A program made the translations under genes and the position numbers. Below the pieces are notes generated by a model. That model searched no databases. It saw nothing but the letters and a program-made list of their open reading frames with translations, and was not told where the DNA came from. Shown here in pieces: positions 8,604 through 17,641 of a stretch of 64,000 nucleotides of DNA (its first letter is position 1; every line of letters starts with the position of its first letter). The stretch comes from a virus. The stretch lies in the IMG/VR virus record IMGVR_UViG_3300046171_000182, positions 71,207 through 135,206 of that record; one strand, written 5' to 3'.

Positions 8604-9833
8604 ATGGAAAATTTTAAAACACATATAACTGAAAATAAAAACACGCATATGACTCATATCGAAGATAAGGTTATATATGGTGGTGTTAAGGGAACACGAA
8701 ATGCTATTATGGCCTTACGTTCTTTACGAGATATGTTGAAAGGCGAACACGATGGAAACGTATCTGTTAAATGGGATGGTGCTCCTGCTATATTTGCTGG
8801 TATTGATCCTGGTGATGGAAGATTCTTCGTGGCAAAAAAAGGAATCTTTAATAAGAATCCCAAAGTTTATAAAACTCCTGCTGATGTTGATGCTGACACT
8901 AGCGGCGATCTTGCTGATAAGCTTAAAACCGCTTTGTCAGAACTCCCTGCCTTGGGTATCAAAGGTGTCGTGCAAGGCGATTTCTTATATGGACCAGGCG
9001 ATGTAAAAACTAAAAAGATTGCTGGTGACTCTTATGTTACATTTCATCCTAATACTATAGTCTATGCAGTGCCAAGTAACTCAGCTGCAGCTGCAGAGAT
9101 TAAGAAATCTAAAATAGGAATTGTATGGCATACTACATACACTGGTAAAACATTTGAAACTATGAGAGCGTCATATGGTGTAAATGTTTCGAAACTAAAA
9201 AAATCTAAAGGCGTGTGGTCGCAAGATGCAATGCTTAGAGATTTAACCAATATAACTATGAGCAAACGTGATACGGAGGAAGTCAATGAATATCTTTCAC
9301 AAGCTGGTAAAATCTTTAACAAAATCTCAGGAACAACCCTCAGGGAGCTCGAAAAACAGGAAGAGTTACAGAGGCTCATTGAAACGTACAACAACTCCTT
9401 TGTTAGATCGGGTACAGTCATTGGAAATACAAGAGGACATGTATCTGGGCTCATTCGCTTCGTCACGCAAAGATACAAAAAAGAAATAGATAAGCGCAAA
9501 ACCGAAAAAGGTAAAGGTGCACAGCAGCAAAAATTAGATACAATATTGTCATTCTTTAGTATACAAAACAAAAAAAGTTTAGAACAGATGTTTGAACTGC
9601 AAAAAGTTATAGTTTTGGCAAAATTAAAACTTATAAATATACTTAATAAGCTAGCGAAGGTGAAGACCTTCGTAAAGACTCATAATGGATACAAGGTAAC
9701 TGGAGAAGAAGGTTACGTTGCAATTGATAAACTTGGTGGTGATGCTGTTAAGATTGTTGATCGAATGGAATTTTCGTACAACAACTTCAGCAAAGATATA
9801 TTAAAGGGATGGGATAAACCAACGAGGAAGTAA
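8604..9833 (+). CDS. conserved T4-like phage protein (DUF6267-like) with ligase/capping-enzyme nucleotidyltransferase motifs
   Basis: VKWDG (motif I KxDG), QGD (III-like), EEGYV (IV), VKIV (V); N-terminal MENFKTHITE leader. Confidence 0.65.
   Translation: MENFKTHITENKNTHMTHIEDKVIYGGVKGTRNAIMALRSLRDMLKGEHDGNVSVKWDGAPAIFAGIDPGDGRFFVAKKGIFNKNPKVYKTPADVDADTSGDLADKLKTALSELPALGIKGVVQGDFLYGPGDVKTKKIAGDSYVTFHPNTIVYAVPSNSAAAAEIKKSKIGIVWHTTYTGKTFETMRASYGVNVSKLKKSKGVWSQDAMLRDLTNITMSKRDTEEVNEYLSQAGKIFNKISGTTLRELEKQEELQRLIETYNNSFVRSGTVIGNTRGHVSGLIRFVTQRYKKEIDKRKTEKGKGAQQQKLDTILSFFSIQNKKSLEQMFELQKVIVLAKLKLINILNKLAKVKTFVKTHNGYKVTGEEGYVAIDKLGGDAVKIVDRMEFSYNNFSKDILKGWDKPTRK
9632..9639 (+). promoter_or_regulatory. 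late promoter inside the DUF6267-like gene
   Basis: TATAAATA ~200 nt upstream of the basic-protein array. Confidence 0.55.
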
Positions 9834-10367
9834 ATGTATAGTTTTAAAGAACTAATGATATTGCCTGTTGAACCAGGCGAAGACGAGTACTTAAAGTACC
9901 GTGCGATGAAACGTCGCAAGCATATGTATGAAGCTACGATTCCTAATGGCCAAACAGCTATGACGAAGAAGCCTGATCTTACCAATAAAGATAAGAAAAC
10001 TATGGGTAAGATTGCAGATCTCATGAAGCGTGCTAATGAGGACAATGAAGAATCTACAGACGAAGCGCTATCAATGGCGGCTCGTCGTAAGCGTTCTCGC
10101 GATATGCGAAAAAATAAAAACAAATTAAGAATTGCTAGAAACCGCATGAAGAACCGTGTTGCTAATCCTGAGCGGATTAAGAAACGTGCGAAAAAGCAGG
10201 CAATAGATAAAATATATAAAAAGTTGACAAAAGGTATGTCAAGAAAAGATTTAACTCCTGCTAAAAAGGCTGAGCTTGAAAAACGTATTAGTAAAATGAA
10301 ACCAAGAGTAAATCGCATAGCAAAAAAGCTTTTGCCATCAGTAAGAAGAGCTGCACACGGAAAATGA
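9834..10367 (+). CDS. highly basic hypothetical protein, putative internal head protein
   Basis: MYSFKEL leader; very K/R-rich C-terminal module after TDE/ALS. Confidence 0.6.
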   Translation: MYSFKELMILPVEPGEDEYLKYRAMKRRKHMYEATIPNGQTAMTKKPDLTNKDKKTMGKIADLMKRANEDNEESTDEALSMAARRKRSRDMRKNKNKLRIARNRMKNRVANPERIKKRAKKQAIDKIYKKLTKGMSRKDLTPAKKAELEKRISKMKPRVNRIAKKLLPSVRRAAHGK

Positions 10368-11494
10368 TAAATCGGTTTAGTGAATACTTAGTAGAAGAAG
10401 AAAAAATTGGTTATTTGGTCTTTGGCCGAATGAATCCTCCTACTATTGGACATGGTAAATTATTAGATAAGCTCGCCACAACAGCTGGCCGAGCACCTTA
10501 TCGTATCTATCTGTCGCAGTCAAACGATCAAAAAGATAATCCTCTTACGTATTCTGACAAAGTAAAGTATGCACGTAAGATGTTTCCTCGTCACGCAAGA
10601 TCAATTATTATTGATAAAAAAGTCGTAACGCCCTTCCATGCACTATCTGCAATGTATAGTGCAGGATTTAAAAAGGTTATATTAGTTGCAGGATCTGATC
10701 GTGTAAAAGAATATGACTTGCGTCTAAATAAATATAATGGAAAAAAGGGTACTCATGGATTTTATAACTTTGATGGTGGTGTAAAAGTTGTTAGTGCAGG
10801 CCAAAGAGATCCTGATGGAAAAGGTGCAGAAGGCGCATCTGGTACAAAGCAAAGAGGTTATGCAAAGAATAACGACTTTACTGGATTTGCACAAGGATTA
10901 TCTAAAGCTATATCAAACCCTGATGCGAAGAAGATGTTCAACGCTGTACGCAATGGTATGGGGTTAAAAGAAGAGAATGAATTTAAAAGACATATTCAAC
11001 TTAAAACCGTATCAGAAACTAGAGAAGCTTTTATTAAAGGTGAGCTCTTTGAACTCGGGGAACAAGTCATTGTCAAGAAAACATCTGAGGTTGGTAAAAT
11101 CACACTCATCGGATCGAACTACGTCATTGTAGAAACTTCTGATAAGACTACGAGACAGTGGTTAGATGCTGTTGAGAAGATTGTAGAAGAAGCAAAGTAT
11201 GATTATGGAACTGATGCATCAGTAAAGTATATGAAAAAGACTACACCTGGACAGAATGAGAGCACACCTCAAGATTCTGACATTAAGGATCGTGAAGGAT
11301 CGCAGCCTAAAGCGTATCATAAAGGCCTAAAGAAAGCTACAAAGGTAGCAAGAGATCGGCACTTTAAGAAACATGGTAAAAAAGCAGATAACGATCCTAG
11401 TGCATATAAACCAGCACCAGGTGATAAAAAGAATAAAGGTAAAACTAAACAATCGACTTGGACTACTAAGTTTAAGCAGATGTATGGGGATTAA
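10364..11494 (+). CDS. cytidylyltransferase-like (HIGH) nucleotidyltransferase with appended basic modules
   Basis: FGRMNPPTIGH, VAGSDR, SAGQRDPD, ASGTKQR; leader MINRFSEYLVEE. Confidence 0.8.
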   Translation: MINRFSEYLVEEEKIGYLVFGRMNPPTIGHGKLLDKLATTAGRAPYRIYLSQSNDQKDNPLTYSDKVKYARKMFPRHARSIIIDKKVVTPFHALSAMYSAGFKKVILVAGSDRVKEYDLRLNKYNGKKGTHGFYNFDGGVKVVSAGQRDPDGKGAEGASGTKQRGYAKNNDFTGFAQGLSKAISNPDAKKMFNAVRNGMGLKEENEFKRHIQLKTVSETREAFIKGELFELGEQVIVKKTSEVGKITLIGSNYVIVETSDKTTRQWLDAVEKIVEEAKYDYGTDASVKYMKKTTPGQNESTPQDSDIKDREGSQPKAYHKGLKKATKVARDRHFKKHGKKADNDPSAYKPAPGDKKNKGKTKQSTWTTKFKQMYGD

Positions 11495-11734
11495 ATGATA
11501 AACTTCAAAGAATATATCACAGAAGATAAAGCAGGTAGCTCACTTGCCGATAAATCTAAAAAGTCAGGTATCTCTACAGGTACTTTGCGTAAAGTATTTA
11601 ATCGTGGCGTTGCTGCATGGAAAACCGGTCACAGACCTGGCACCACGCCAACTCAGTGGGGACATGCACGAGTCAATGCTTTTATTGTCAAAAAGAAAAA
11701 AGGTGGGCTTAACCATGATAAGGACCTAGCATAA
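11495..11734 (+). CDS. small basic protein (DUF5824-like), putative internal head protein
   Basis: MINFKEYITE leader; KSGIS..L.KV..RG.AAW.TGHRPG..QW..ARV. Confidence 0.7.
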   Translation: MINFKEYITEDKAGSSLADKSKKSGISTGTLRKVFNRGVAAWKTGHRPGTTPTQWGHARVNAFIVKKKKGGLNHDKDLA

Positions 11735-12081
11735 TGAAATCTTTTATTCAAATAAGGCAGGAACTAAATGAATCTCCTTACGGTGATCCATATAGAACTG
11801 TTCAACGAACAAAAGATGCTATGTCTAGTCATACTGCTGCTATAAAAAAACATGATACAGCTATGCAATCTCATATAAACAAAGCTAATGCTGCAGAGAA
11901 AAAGGGTTTAAATACCAAAGCTGATAACCATAGAGAAGCTGCTAATGCACACCACCTTGGAAAAGAAGATCACGATCACGCTAAAAGCTTATTAAAAAAA
12001 CATGGACCAGATCATAATGGATATGAATCAGCTGCAAAAAGTGCACATTCAAGTTCAGATCGTATTCATAAAGATAACTAG
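11734..12081 (+). CDS. His/Ala-rich putative internal head protein
   Basis: MKSFIQIRQELNE leader; repeated HxxAAxxH helices. Confidence 0.6.
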   Translation: MKSFIQIRQELNESPYGDPYRTVQRTKDAMSSHTAAIKKHDTAMQSHINKANAAEKKGLNTKADNHREAANAHHLGKEDHDHAKSLLKKHGPDHNGYESAAKSAHSSSDRIHKDN

Positions 12082-12090
12082 GGGTTAAAA

Positions 12091-13422
12091 ATGAAAACAT
12101 TTAAAGAAATAAGTGAAGCCTCAGGCGTTTCATCAAGCGGTGCACAGCACATGCTTAGTAATGATGCTGAGAAAAAAGCACATTCAGCTCTCATGCAAAA
12201 GAAGCATGGCGTTAAAACAACTTATCATGGCAGCGATGAACTAAAATATCACGGTTCTCAAAAGAATGTAAAGAAAGCTCTTGGTACTCATTATGGCGGT
12301 GATCATGATCATGCAAAAGATGATCATCCACACATTTATAAAGAAAACGTCAAAACCGCTGATAGAAAACCTGAAATCTATACAAAGCCTGATGGAAAAA
12401 AGGGTACACGTATGGTGCCTATGGATAGAGAAGTTATCAAGAAGGAAAAAACTCTTGAATGGCTAAAGGCATCTCTTGCAAGAGAAGCTGCAAAAGTTAA
12501 ACCACGTCAAGATGACATGGAAGAAGCTTACGAAAACACAATGTACTGTAAAAAGTGTGGGTGTGAAAGAGGTAATCCAGATCCTGACTGTTCATGCAAA
12601 ATGGAAAACGCTTCATTGACAGATGCACAATGTTATTCAGAACAATCTAAATGTGGATCTTTACGTAAAGAAGACGTTAACGAGCTAACAATTGCTGATG
12701 TCCAAAAGGCTACTGCGATGGCAAAGAAACGTCAAGCAAAAGAACGTGAAGCCGGAAAGAAAAGTGTATCAACCACTGATCTTGGAGCACGTATGCCTAA
12801 AAAAGAAACATTTGAGCCTCATATGATGTATGATCCAAAAACAGGCAAAGGCTATAAAGCTGAAAAAGAAGCCGATCACCTTCGAATGAAGAAGATGGGA
12901 TACACTCACGACAAACCTAAAAACGAAGGCGTTAAAACATTTGCCGAGATCTCAAAAGGTATGGCAGGCCGTTATATCAAAAAGGCACAAGTAAGTACAG
13001 CAGATGCTGCAAAGAGTACTGAGCGTGGATACGTTGACTCACGCTCGCCTGATCGTGGTATTGCTACAGCAGGAAAAGCTCAGACTAGAAAAGGCATTAA
13101 GACATTTATTAATCGCAATAAGGGTACATCTACTGCTGTTAATAAATTAACTGGTAAAGCTAAAGTACCTGCAAGAGAAAGTAAAGGCATTGACGCAATG
13201 AAGAAGGCTGGTAATGCTAAAGCTGATGCTGAAGCAGCCGACCGTAAGAAAATGAAAAACGAAATTTCAAATAATAAGATGGGCCAATACGTACGTAAAG
13301 CTGGCGCCGATATTGCAAAAAAGGCCGGAGCTGGAGATACCGATAAAGCTAAAGCAAGAGTAAAAGGCGTATCTAAAGCTATGGATAAGATGGACAAGAA
13401 CAGATTGTTTGGAAGGCAGTAA
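12091..13422 (+). CDS. modular basic polyprotein-like putative internal head protein
   Basis: MKTFKEISE leader; short K-rich modules separated by xxE motifs. Confidence 0.7.
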   Translation: MKTFKEISEASGVSSSGAQHMLSNDAEKKAHSALMQKKHGVKTTYHGSDELKYHGSQKNVKKALGTHYGGDHDHAKDDHPHIYKENVKTADRKPEIYTKPDGKKGTRMVPMDREVIKKEKTLEWLKASLAREAAKVKPRQDDMEEAYENTMYCKKCGCERGNPDPDCSCKMENASLTDAQCYSEQSKCGSLRKEDVNELTIADVQKATAMAKKRQAKEREAGKKSVSTTDLGARMPKKETFEPHMMYDPKTGKGYKAEKEADHLRMKKMGYTHDKPKNEGVKTFAEISKGMAGRYIKKAQVSTADAAKSTERGYVDSRSPDRGIATAGKAQTRKGIKTFINRNKGTSTAVNKLTGKAKVPARESKGIDAMKKAGNAKADAEAADRKKMKNEISNNKMGQYVRKAGADIAKKAGAGDTDKAKARVKGVSKAMDKMDKNRLFGRQ

Positions 13423-13835
13423 TGACAACTACACGAGAGCTGTTAGCACAAATATATCAACATAGTCAAGTTGGAACTATGGAAGAAGCTAAAGATCCTG
13501 GCGAATATGATCAGGAAGGTGGAATGGCTAAAGGTCAATTAAAAACAATGATTGATGCTGCTCAAGAGTTGCATGATATGCTAGGTGAAAATGATAACCT
13601 TCCAGAATGGGTACAGTCAAAAATAACAAAGGCTACCGATTATATTGATTCAGTAAGAGATTATATGAAGAGCGAAGTATCTGAAGGTCCGGCACGAGAT
13701 CGTATTCTAAAGCAAATGGATAAAGCTAGTGGTAGAACACAAGCCGATCGTGAAGCTGATGCAAAGAAAGCTGCAGCACGACGTAAGGCTGCAGATAAAG
13801 ACTTAGCCGATTTTAGAAAGAAAATGGGATCATGA
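13422..13835 (+). CDS. conserved phage protein (EGxMAKxQL...LPEWVQSKIT module)
   Basis: recognisable T4-like marine phage module flanked by MEE/VSE sites. Confidence 0.7.
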   Translation: MTTTRELLAQIYQHSQVGTMEEAKDPGEYDQEGGMAKGQLKTMIDAAQELHDMLGENDNLPEWVQSKITKATDYIDSVRDYMKSEVSEGPARDRILKQMDKASGRTQADREADAKKAAARRKAADKDLADFRKKMGS

Positions 13836-14065
13836 TAAAGTTTAAGCAATTCATATCTGAAAAAAAATCAGAGTCTTGGGAAGCAGGATATAAACGTAGA
13901 GTTGTGAAAACTACTGATGCCGATCATAAAGCCGATGGCTATAAATGGAGAATCAAAGGTAAAGAACGTCCTGAGATTTCTATTAAATTATATAAATCTA
14001 AACCAAATCAAGCTGAATTTAACAAGCAGATGAGACGAGTTGCGGGGCACGAGTTCGGTGGATAG
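13832..14065 (+). CDS. small putative internal head protein
   Basis: MIKFKQFISE leader. Confidence 0.7.
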   Translation: MIKFKQFISEKKSESWEAGYKRRVVKTTDADHKADGYKWRIKGKERPEISIKLYKSKPNQAEFNKQMRRVAGHEFGG

Positions 14066-14348
14066 ATTTAAGACTTTCGCAGAAAAAGACTCAAAGGGTC
14101 ATTTTCGTGCAACCGATAAGGGTGCCGGCATGACACAAAAAGGAGTCGATGCTGAGAATAGAAGAACTGGTGGTAACCTAAAGACTGCGGTTACTACTAA
14201 ACCTAGTAAGTTGAAGAAGGGATCCAAAGCTGCTAATAGGCGTAAATCATATTGCGCTCGAAGTGCAGGACAAATGAAAAAGTTTCCAGCTGCCGCTAAA
14301 GATCCTGATAGTAGACTTCGTCAAGCGAGGCGGAGGTGGAATTGTTAG
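14058..14348 (+). CDS. basic protein (DUF6321-like)
   Basis: GTG start MDRFKTFAE; GMT.KG...NLK.AV...RRKSYCARS...RRWNC. Confidence 0.7.
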   Translation: MDRFKTFAEKDSKGHFRATDKGAGMTQKGVDAENRRTGGNLKTAVTTKPSKLKKGSKAANRRKSYCARSAGQMKKFPAAAKDPDSRLRQARRRWNC

Positions 14349-14387
14349 GCTATGCGGCAAACTCTAGAACTAACTACGGAATTGAAA

Positions 14388-14660
14388 ATGACTACTAATG
14401 CTAGACTAGATAGAATTGAAGAGAAGCTCGATAACCTCACCGAGGCTATGATTGCTTTAGCGCGCGCTGAAGAAAAGATCGCCGGTATTAAAGAAGCCCA
14501 AGATAGCGGTTGGGAACGTATGAATCGATTTAGTGAAAAGTTAGATAGTATAGAGAGACAGGTGCAAGACAATGCACAGACTGTTAAAGTAATAAATAAA
14601 CTATTCTGGGTAGCAGTTATAGCTGTGGCCGGATCAATCGCAGCCCAAATGTGGATGTAA
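14388..14660 (+). CDS. coiled-coil protein with C-terminal TM helix
   Basis: RLDRIEEKLD...LARAEEK; hydrophobic C-terminus. Confidence 0.65.
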   Translation: MTTNARLDRIEEKLDNLTEAMIALARAEEKIAGIKEAQDSGWERMNRFSEKLDSIERQVQDNAQTVKVINKLFWVAVIAVAGSIAAQMWM

Positions 14661-14671
14661 AGGAAACTAAA

Positions 14672-15346
14672 ATGAAAACGCAAGACATAAGAAATATGGG
14701 CCTCGCTTTGCAATCGGTCCAAGAGACATTTAACGATGCTCGCCCTGGAACTAAGCAGAATCAAAAAGATTTTGATAAGGCTTCTAAAATGGCAAAGCCA
14801 AAAAGCCAAGTATCTTTGAAACCTATGCCAACATCCTTAGCTAAGAAAATGGCTAAAGACGAAGGTGCTGACAGTTCACCAATGAAAAAAGAAGCATTGA
14901 AAGGTGATCAACATAAACTAGATCACGATAAAGATGGCGACATCGATGGTAAAGATTTTGCTATGCTTCGCAAAAAGAAAAAAGGCGAAAAGTCTGAAGT
15001 AAAACCACGTCAAGAACCTAATACCGAAAATGGAAAAGGTGATGCAGCAATGGAGAAGAAAGAATCTACTCGCTGGCCTGTATACGCTCGTATCATGGAA
15101 AAGCAATCTCATACTGCAGGTGCTACAGCTCCTGAAGAAATGGATTCTAAGGATTCACCTTCTGCAAAGAAAATGAAAAAAGATCATAAGCCTGACGTAA
15201 ATGACATTGAAGCAAAAAGTCATCAAGATGCAGCAGATGCTGGTCGTAAAGGACCAGCTGCAAAAGCCCGCCCAAATGATAACATGAAAGGCGATAAGAA
15301 TATTGTAAACCCAGTAAAAGGAGCAGTGACAAGTGGCAGCAATTAG
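14672..15346 (+). CDS. modular K-rich protein with EF-hand-like module
   Basis: KKE/ALKGDQHKLDHDKDGDIDGKDF. Confidence 0.65.
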   Translation: MKTQDIRNMGLALQSVQETFNDARPGTKQNQKDFDKASKMAKPKSQVSLKPMPTSLAKKMAKDEGADSSPMKKEALKGDQHKLDHDKDGDIDGKDFAMLRKKKKGEKSEVKPRQEPNTENGKGDAAMEKKESTRWPVYARIMEKQSHTAGATAPEEMDSKDSPSAKKMKKDHKPDVNDIEAKSHQDAADAGRKGPAAKARPNDNMKGDKNIVNPVKGAVTSGSN

Positions 15347-15683
15347 TCCTCCAAGTTGGGCGAAGAACGCAATTCCAACCTTAAATGGCTGGAGAGATCC
15401 TCGTACTAATGAATTATTAAAGTCTCAAAATATATCACAAGAAGATATTGATGCCTATTCAGGTGTAGTTGAACAGCACGTTATGAAAAAATCACCAAGG
15501 CCGGAGACTCCACCTATGCCTAAACCAATACAATTAAATGAAGCGCCAGCAAATAATACTTCAATGGAAGCTATGACTAAACTTCAGTTAGAAGCTTTAG
15601 GTAGACAACATGGCGTTGAGTTAGATCGTAGGAAAAGTAAATCTGATTTGATTGACGAATTAAACGAGATAATTTCTGAATAA
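15333..15683 (+). CDS. protein with C-terminal HeH/Rho-N-like domain
   Basis: MTKLQLEALGRQHGVELDRRKSKSDLI. Confidence 0.6.
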   Translation: MAAISPPSWAKNAIPTLNGWRDPRTNELLKSQNISQEDIDAYSGVVEQHVMKKSPRPETPPMPKPIQLNEAPANNTSMEAMTKLQLEALGRQHGVELDRRKSKSDLIDELNEIISE

Positions 15684-15712
15684 ATAGGTGTGAAACTTAT
15701 TTAGGATAGATT

Positions 15713-16078
15713 ATGGAATTTACTGAAGTTACCGAAGAAAATGTACTTCTTTATGCGGCTAAGAATTATAATAATCCTCTGGGTGCAAGTTCAGAGGATT
15801 TTTACGAAGATCTTAAGAGAATAAAATATATTAAGAGATTAGTAAATCGTTATATTGGTTATGGTGAATTGTCAGAAAGATTGATATTAAATCATCTTAT
15901 AGTATTTTTTAATATGTTTGGTATTGAAGCTGGATGCAAAATATTAGAATTAAAATTAGATCCAATGCATTGGCCTGTGGTAAAACCATTTTTAATATTT
16001 TTAAAGTATGTAAAGAATACAGAGTATGCACAATACAGGATGGATGAAGGTATCGTAGAAGCCTTAAGGAAAATTTGA
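15713..16078 (+). CDS. conserved T4-like hypothetical protein
   Basis: YAAKNYNNP...FYEDLKRIKYIKRL...ERLILNH. Confidence 0.75.
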   Translation: MEFTEVTEENVLLYAAKNYNNPLGASSEDFYEDLKRIKYIKRLVNRYIGYGELSERLILNHLIVFFNMFGIEAGCKILELKLDPMHWPVVKPFLIFLKYVKNTEYAQYRMDEGIVEALRKI

Positions 16079-16644
16079 TGGGAATAGTTAAAAGAGCAGC
16101 AGACCTAGTTTATACATTCAGATTTCTCAAACTTCTTGTTACGTCGTTTGATAAAACTGCTGCATTCAAATTAGGCATAATCGACGAAAAAGGTAAGCGT
16201 CTGAAAAAACCTAAAACTCCTGAGGAAAAAGATGCATACACACCATTTAATAGACTAGTGTTTAATGTTAAAAGACTTATACCAGCAGGTAAAGTCGGCT
16301 CTTACGCTTCTGCCCTTTATTTAATAAAAGAACACGGTCAACTATCTGATGAATCAGTAGAAAAAATTATGAAAGAATTAGGATTAAACTCTATAGAATT
16401 TATGTTAGAAGAAAACAGATGGTTTGTTTGTGAAGATAAAATGTTATCTCCTGGAATATATCGTTTACAAAATGATAAGATGATTAATTCTACGTTTGAA
16501 GATATAGTTAAAATGAAAGATAGAATTAGAATAAAAGAAGATTCATATCCTATAGGTGATGTATACGGTATTGACATATATGAAGCTGTTCACATGAATA
16601 CAAATCAAAATATTTACATTTCATCAATGGAGCTTATCAAATGA
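16075..16644 (+). CDS. conserved T4-like hypothetical protein
   Basis: YTFRFLKLL...AFKLGIIDEKGK...AYTPFNRLVFN. Confidence 0.75.
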   Translation: MMGIVKRAADLVYTFRFLKLLVTSFDKTAAFKLGIIDEKGKRLKKPKTPEEKDAYTPFNRLVFNVKRLIPAGKVGSYASALYLIKEHGQLSDESVEKIMKELGLNSIEFMLEENRWFVCEDKMLSPGIYRLQNDKMINSTFEDIVKMKDRIRIKEDSYPIGDVYGIDIYEAVHMNTNQNIYISSMELIK

Positions 16645-16901
16645 AAGAAGCAGGATTATGGGCAAATATATGGGCTAAGCGCCGCGCCGGTAAAAAGATG
16701 AGAAAAAAAGGTGAGGCAGGCGCGCCAACTCCAGATGCTATTAAGAAGGCTCAAGAGATGACAGGCGGAACTACTACTGCATCTGTTGTAGGTGCAGGAG
16801 ATAATCCTTCTGGTACTGTTGTTATAGATAAACGTAGACGTAAGGATAGAGATCCTAGAGTACTAAAACGTTTTAGGACATATACTGGTTCAGATGCTTA
16901 G
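16641..16901 (+). CDS. small basic modular protein
   Basis: MKE/AGLWANI.AKR...KMRK.G..GAPT module followed by AQE/MTGG module. Confidence 0.65.
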   Translation: MKEAGLWANIWAKRRAGKKMRKKGEAGAPTPDAIKKAQEMTGGTTTASVVGAGDNPSGTVVIDKRRRKDRDPRVLKRFRTYTGSDA

Positions 16902-17319
16902 AGTTTATTTATTTTTATTTTTGATTGCTACGTTTAGTGGTATAGGTTACACTGCATATTGGTATTATGAAACATCAGAAGCCGAGAAGGCGCAACTAAG
17001 AAAAAATAATGTTGTGCTACAAGGGGCTACTGAAACGTTAGAAAAAACTGTAGCTGAATTAAGAGACGAAGCTAATAATAATTCTTTGATGATAGTTGAA
17101 CTACAAGAAGCATTACAAAAGTCAGAAGCCGGACTTGATAGGCTTAGAAAAAGATTTAGTCAAATTGATATAACAAGAGAAGCTCTCGAAGATCCGGCGG
17201 ATCTCGAGCGGAGGATTAATCGTGGCGTGGACCGACTCATACAAAATATTTTATCTGATACCTCTCCTTCTATTACTGACGAGTTGCGCGAAGACACCGG
17301 AACCGATAGTAGTAACTGA
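16894..17319 (+). CDS. i-spanin (Rz-like)
   Basis: N-terminal TM helix + long coiled coil; overlaps a lipoprotein gene. Confidence 0.75.
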   Translation: MLRVYLFLFLIATFSGIGYTAYWYYETSEAEKAQLRKNNVVLQGATETLEKTVAELRDEANNNSLMIVELQEALQKSEAGLDRLRKRFSQIDITREALEDPADLERRINRGVDRLIQNILSDTSPSITDELREDTGTDSSN

Positions 17320-17590
17320 GAAAGAATACATTTATCCAACCATTCCTTTACAGGCAGCACCGAAACCGGTTGATATGCCTGACGTTGAGTGGTTTGTTAT
17401 CAATGAAGATAACCTAGAAGAATCTATTGCAAGGATTAAAGAAGCCGGTGGTGTTGCCGCCTTCATGGCTATTACGCCAAAAGGATATGAAAACCTATCA
17501 TTAGGCATATCAGATATACGCAGATATATACTTCAGCAAAAAGAAATTATTGCGTACTATGAGACACAAATTCAAGAAATAAAAAAATAA
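17222..17590 (+). CDS. o-spanin (Rz1-like lipoprotein)
   Basis: lipobox LLLLTSC, Pro-rich segment, overlap with i-spanin. Confidence 0.75.
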   Translation: MAWTDSYKIFYLIPLLLLLTSCAKTPEPIVVTEKEYIYPTIPLQAAPKPVDMPDVEWFVINEDNLEESIARIKEAGGVAAFMAITPKGYENLSLGISDIRRYILQQKEIIAYYETQIQEIKK

Positions 17591-17596
17591 AATAAA

Positions 17597-17631
17597 TACA
17601 ATATGTTGTATTTTTATCACTAAATATGGTA
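17597..17631. promoter_or_regulatory. tandem NrdR-box-like operators
   Basis: TACAATATGTTGTA (17597) and CACTAAATATGGTA (17618), 21 bp apart, upstream of RNR. Confidence 0.6.
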
Positions 17632-17641
17632 CATATTGCTA

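Noticed and set aside
9062-10318. Long antisense ORFs (9062..9571, 9713..10318; likewise 24697..25221, 21595..22017)
   Set aside because: Shadows of well-supported plus-strand genes.
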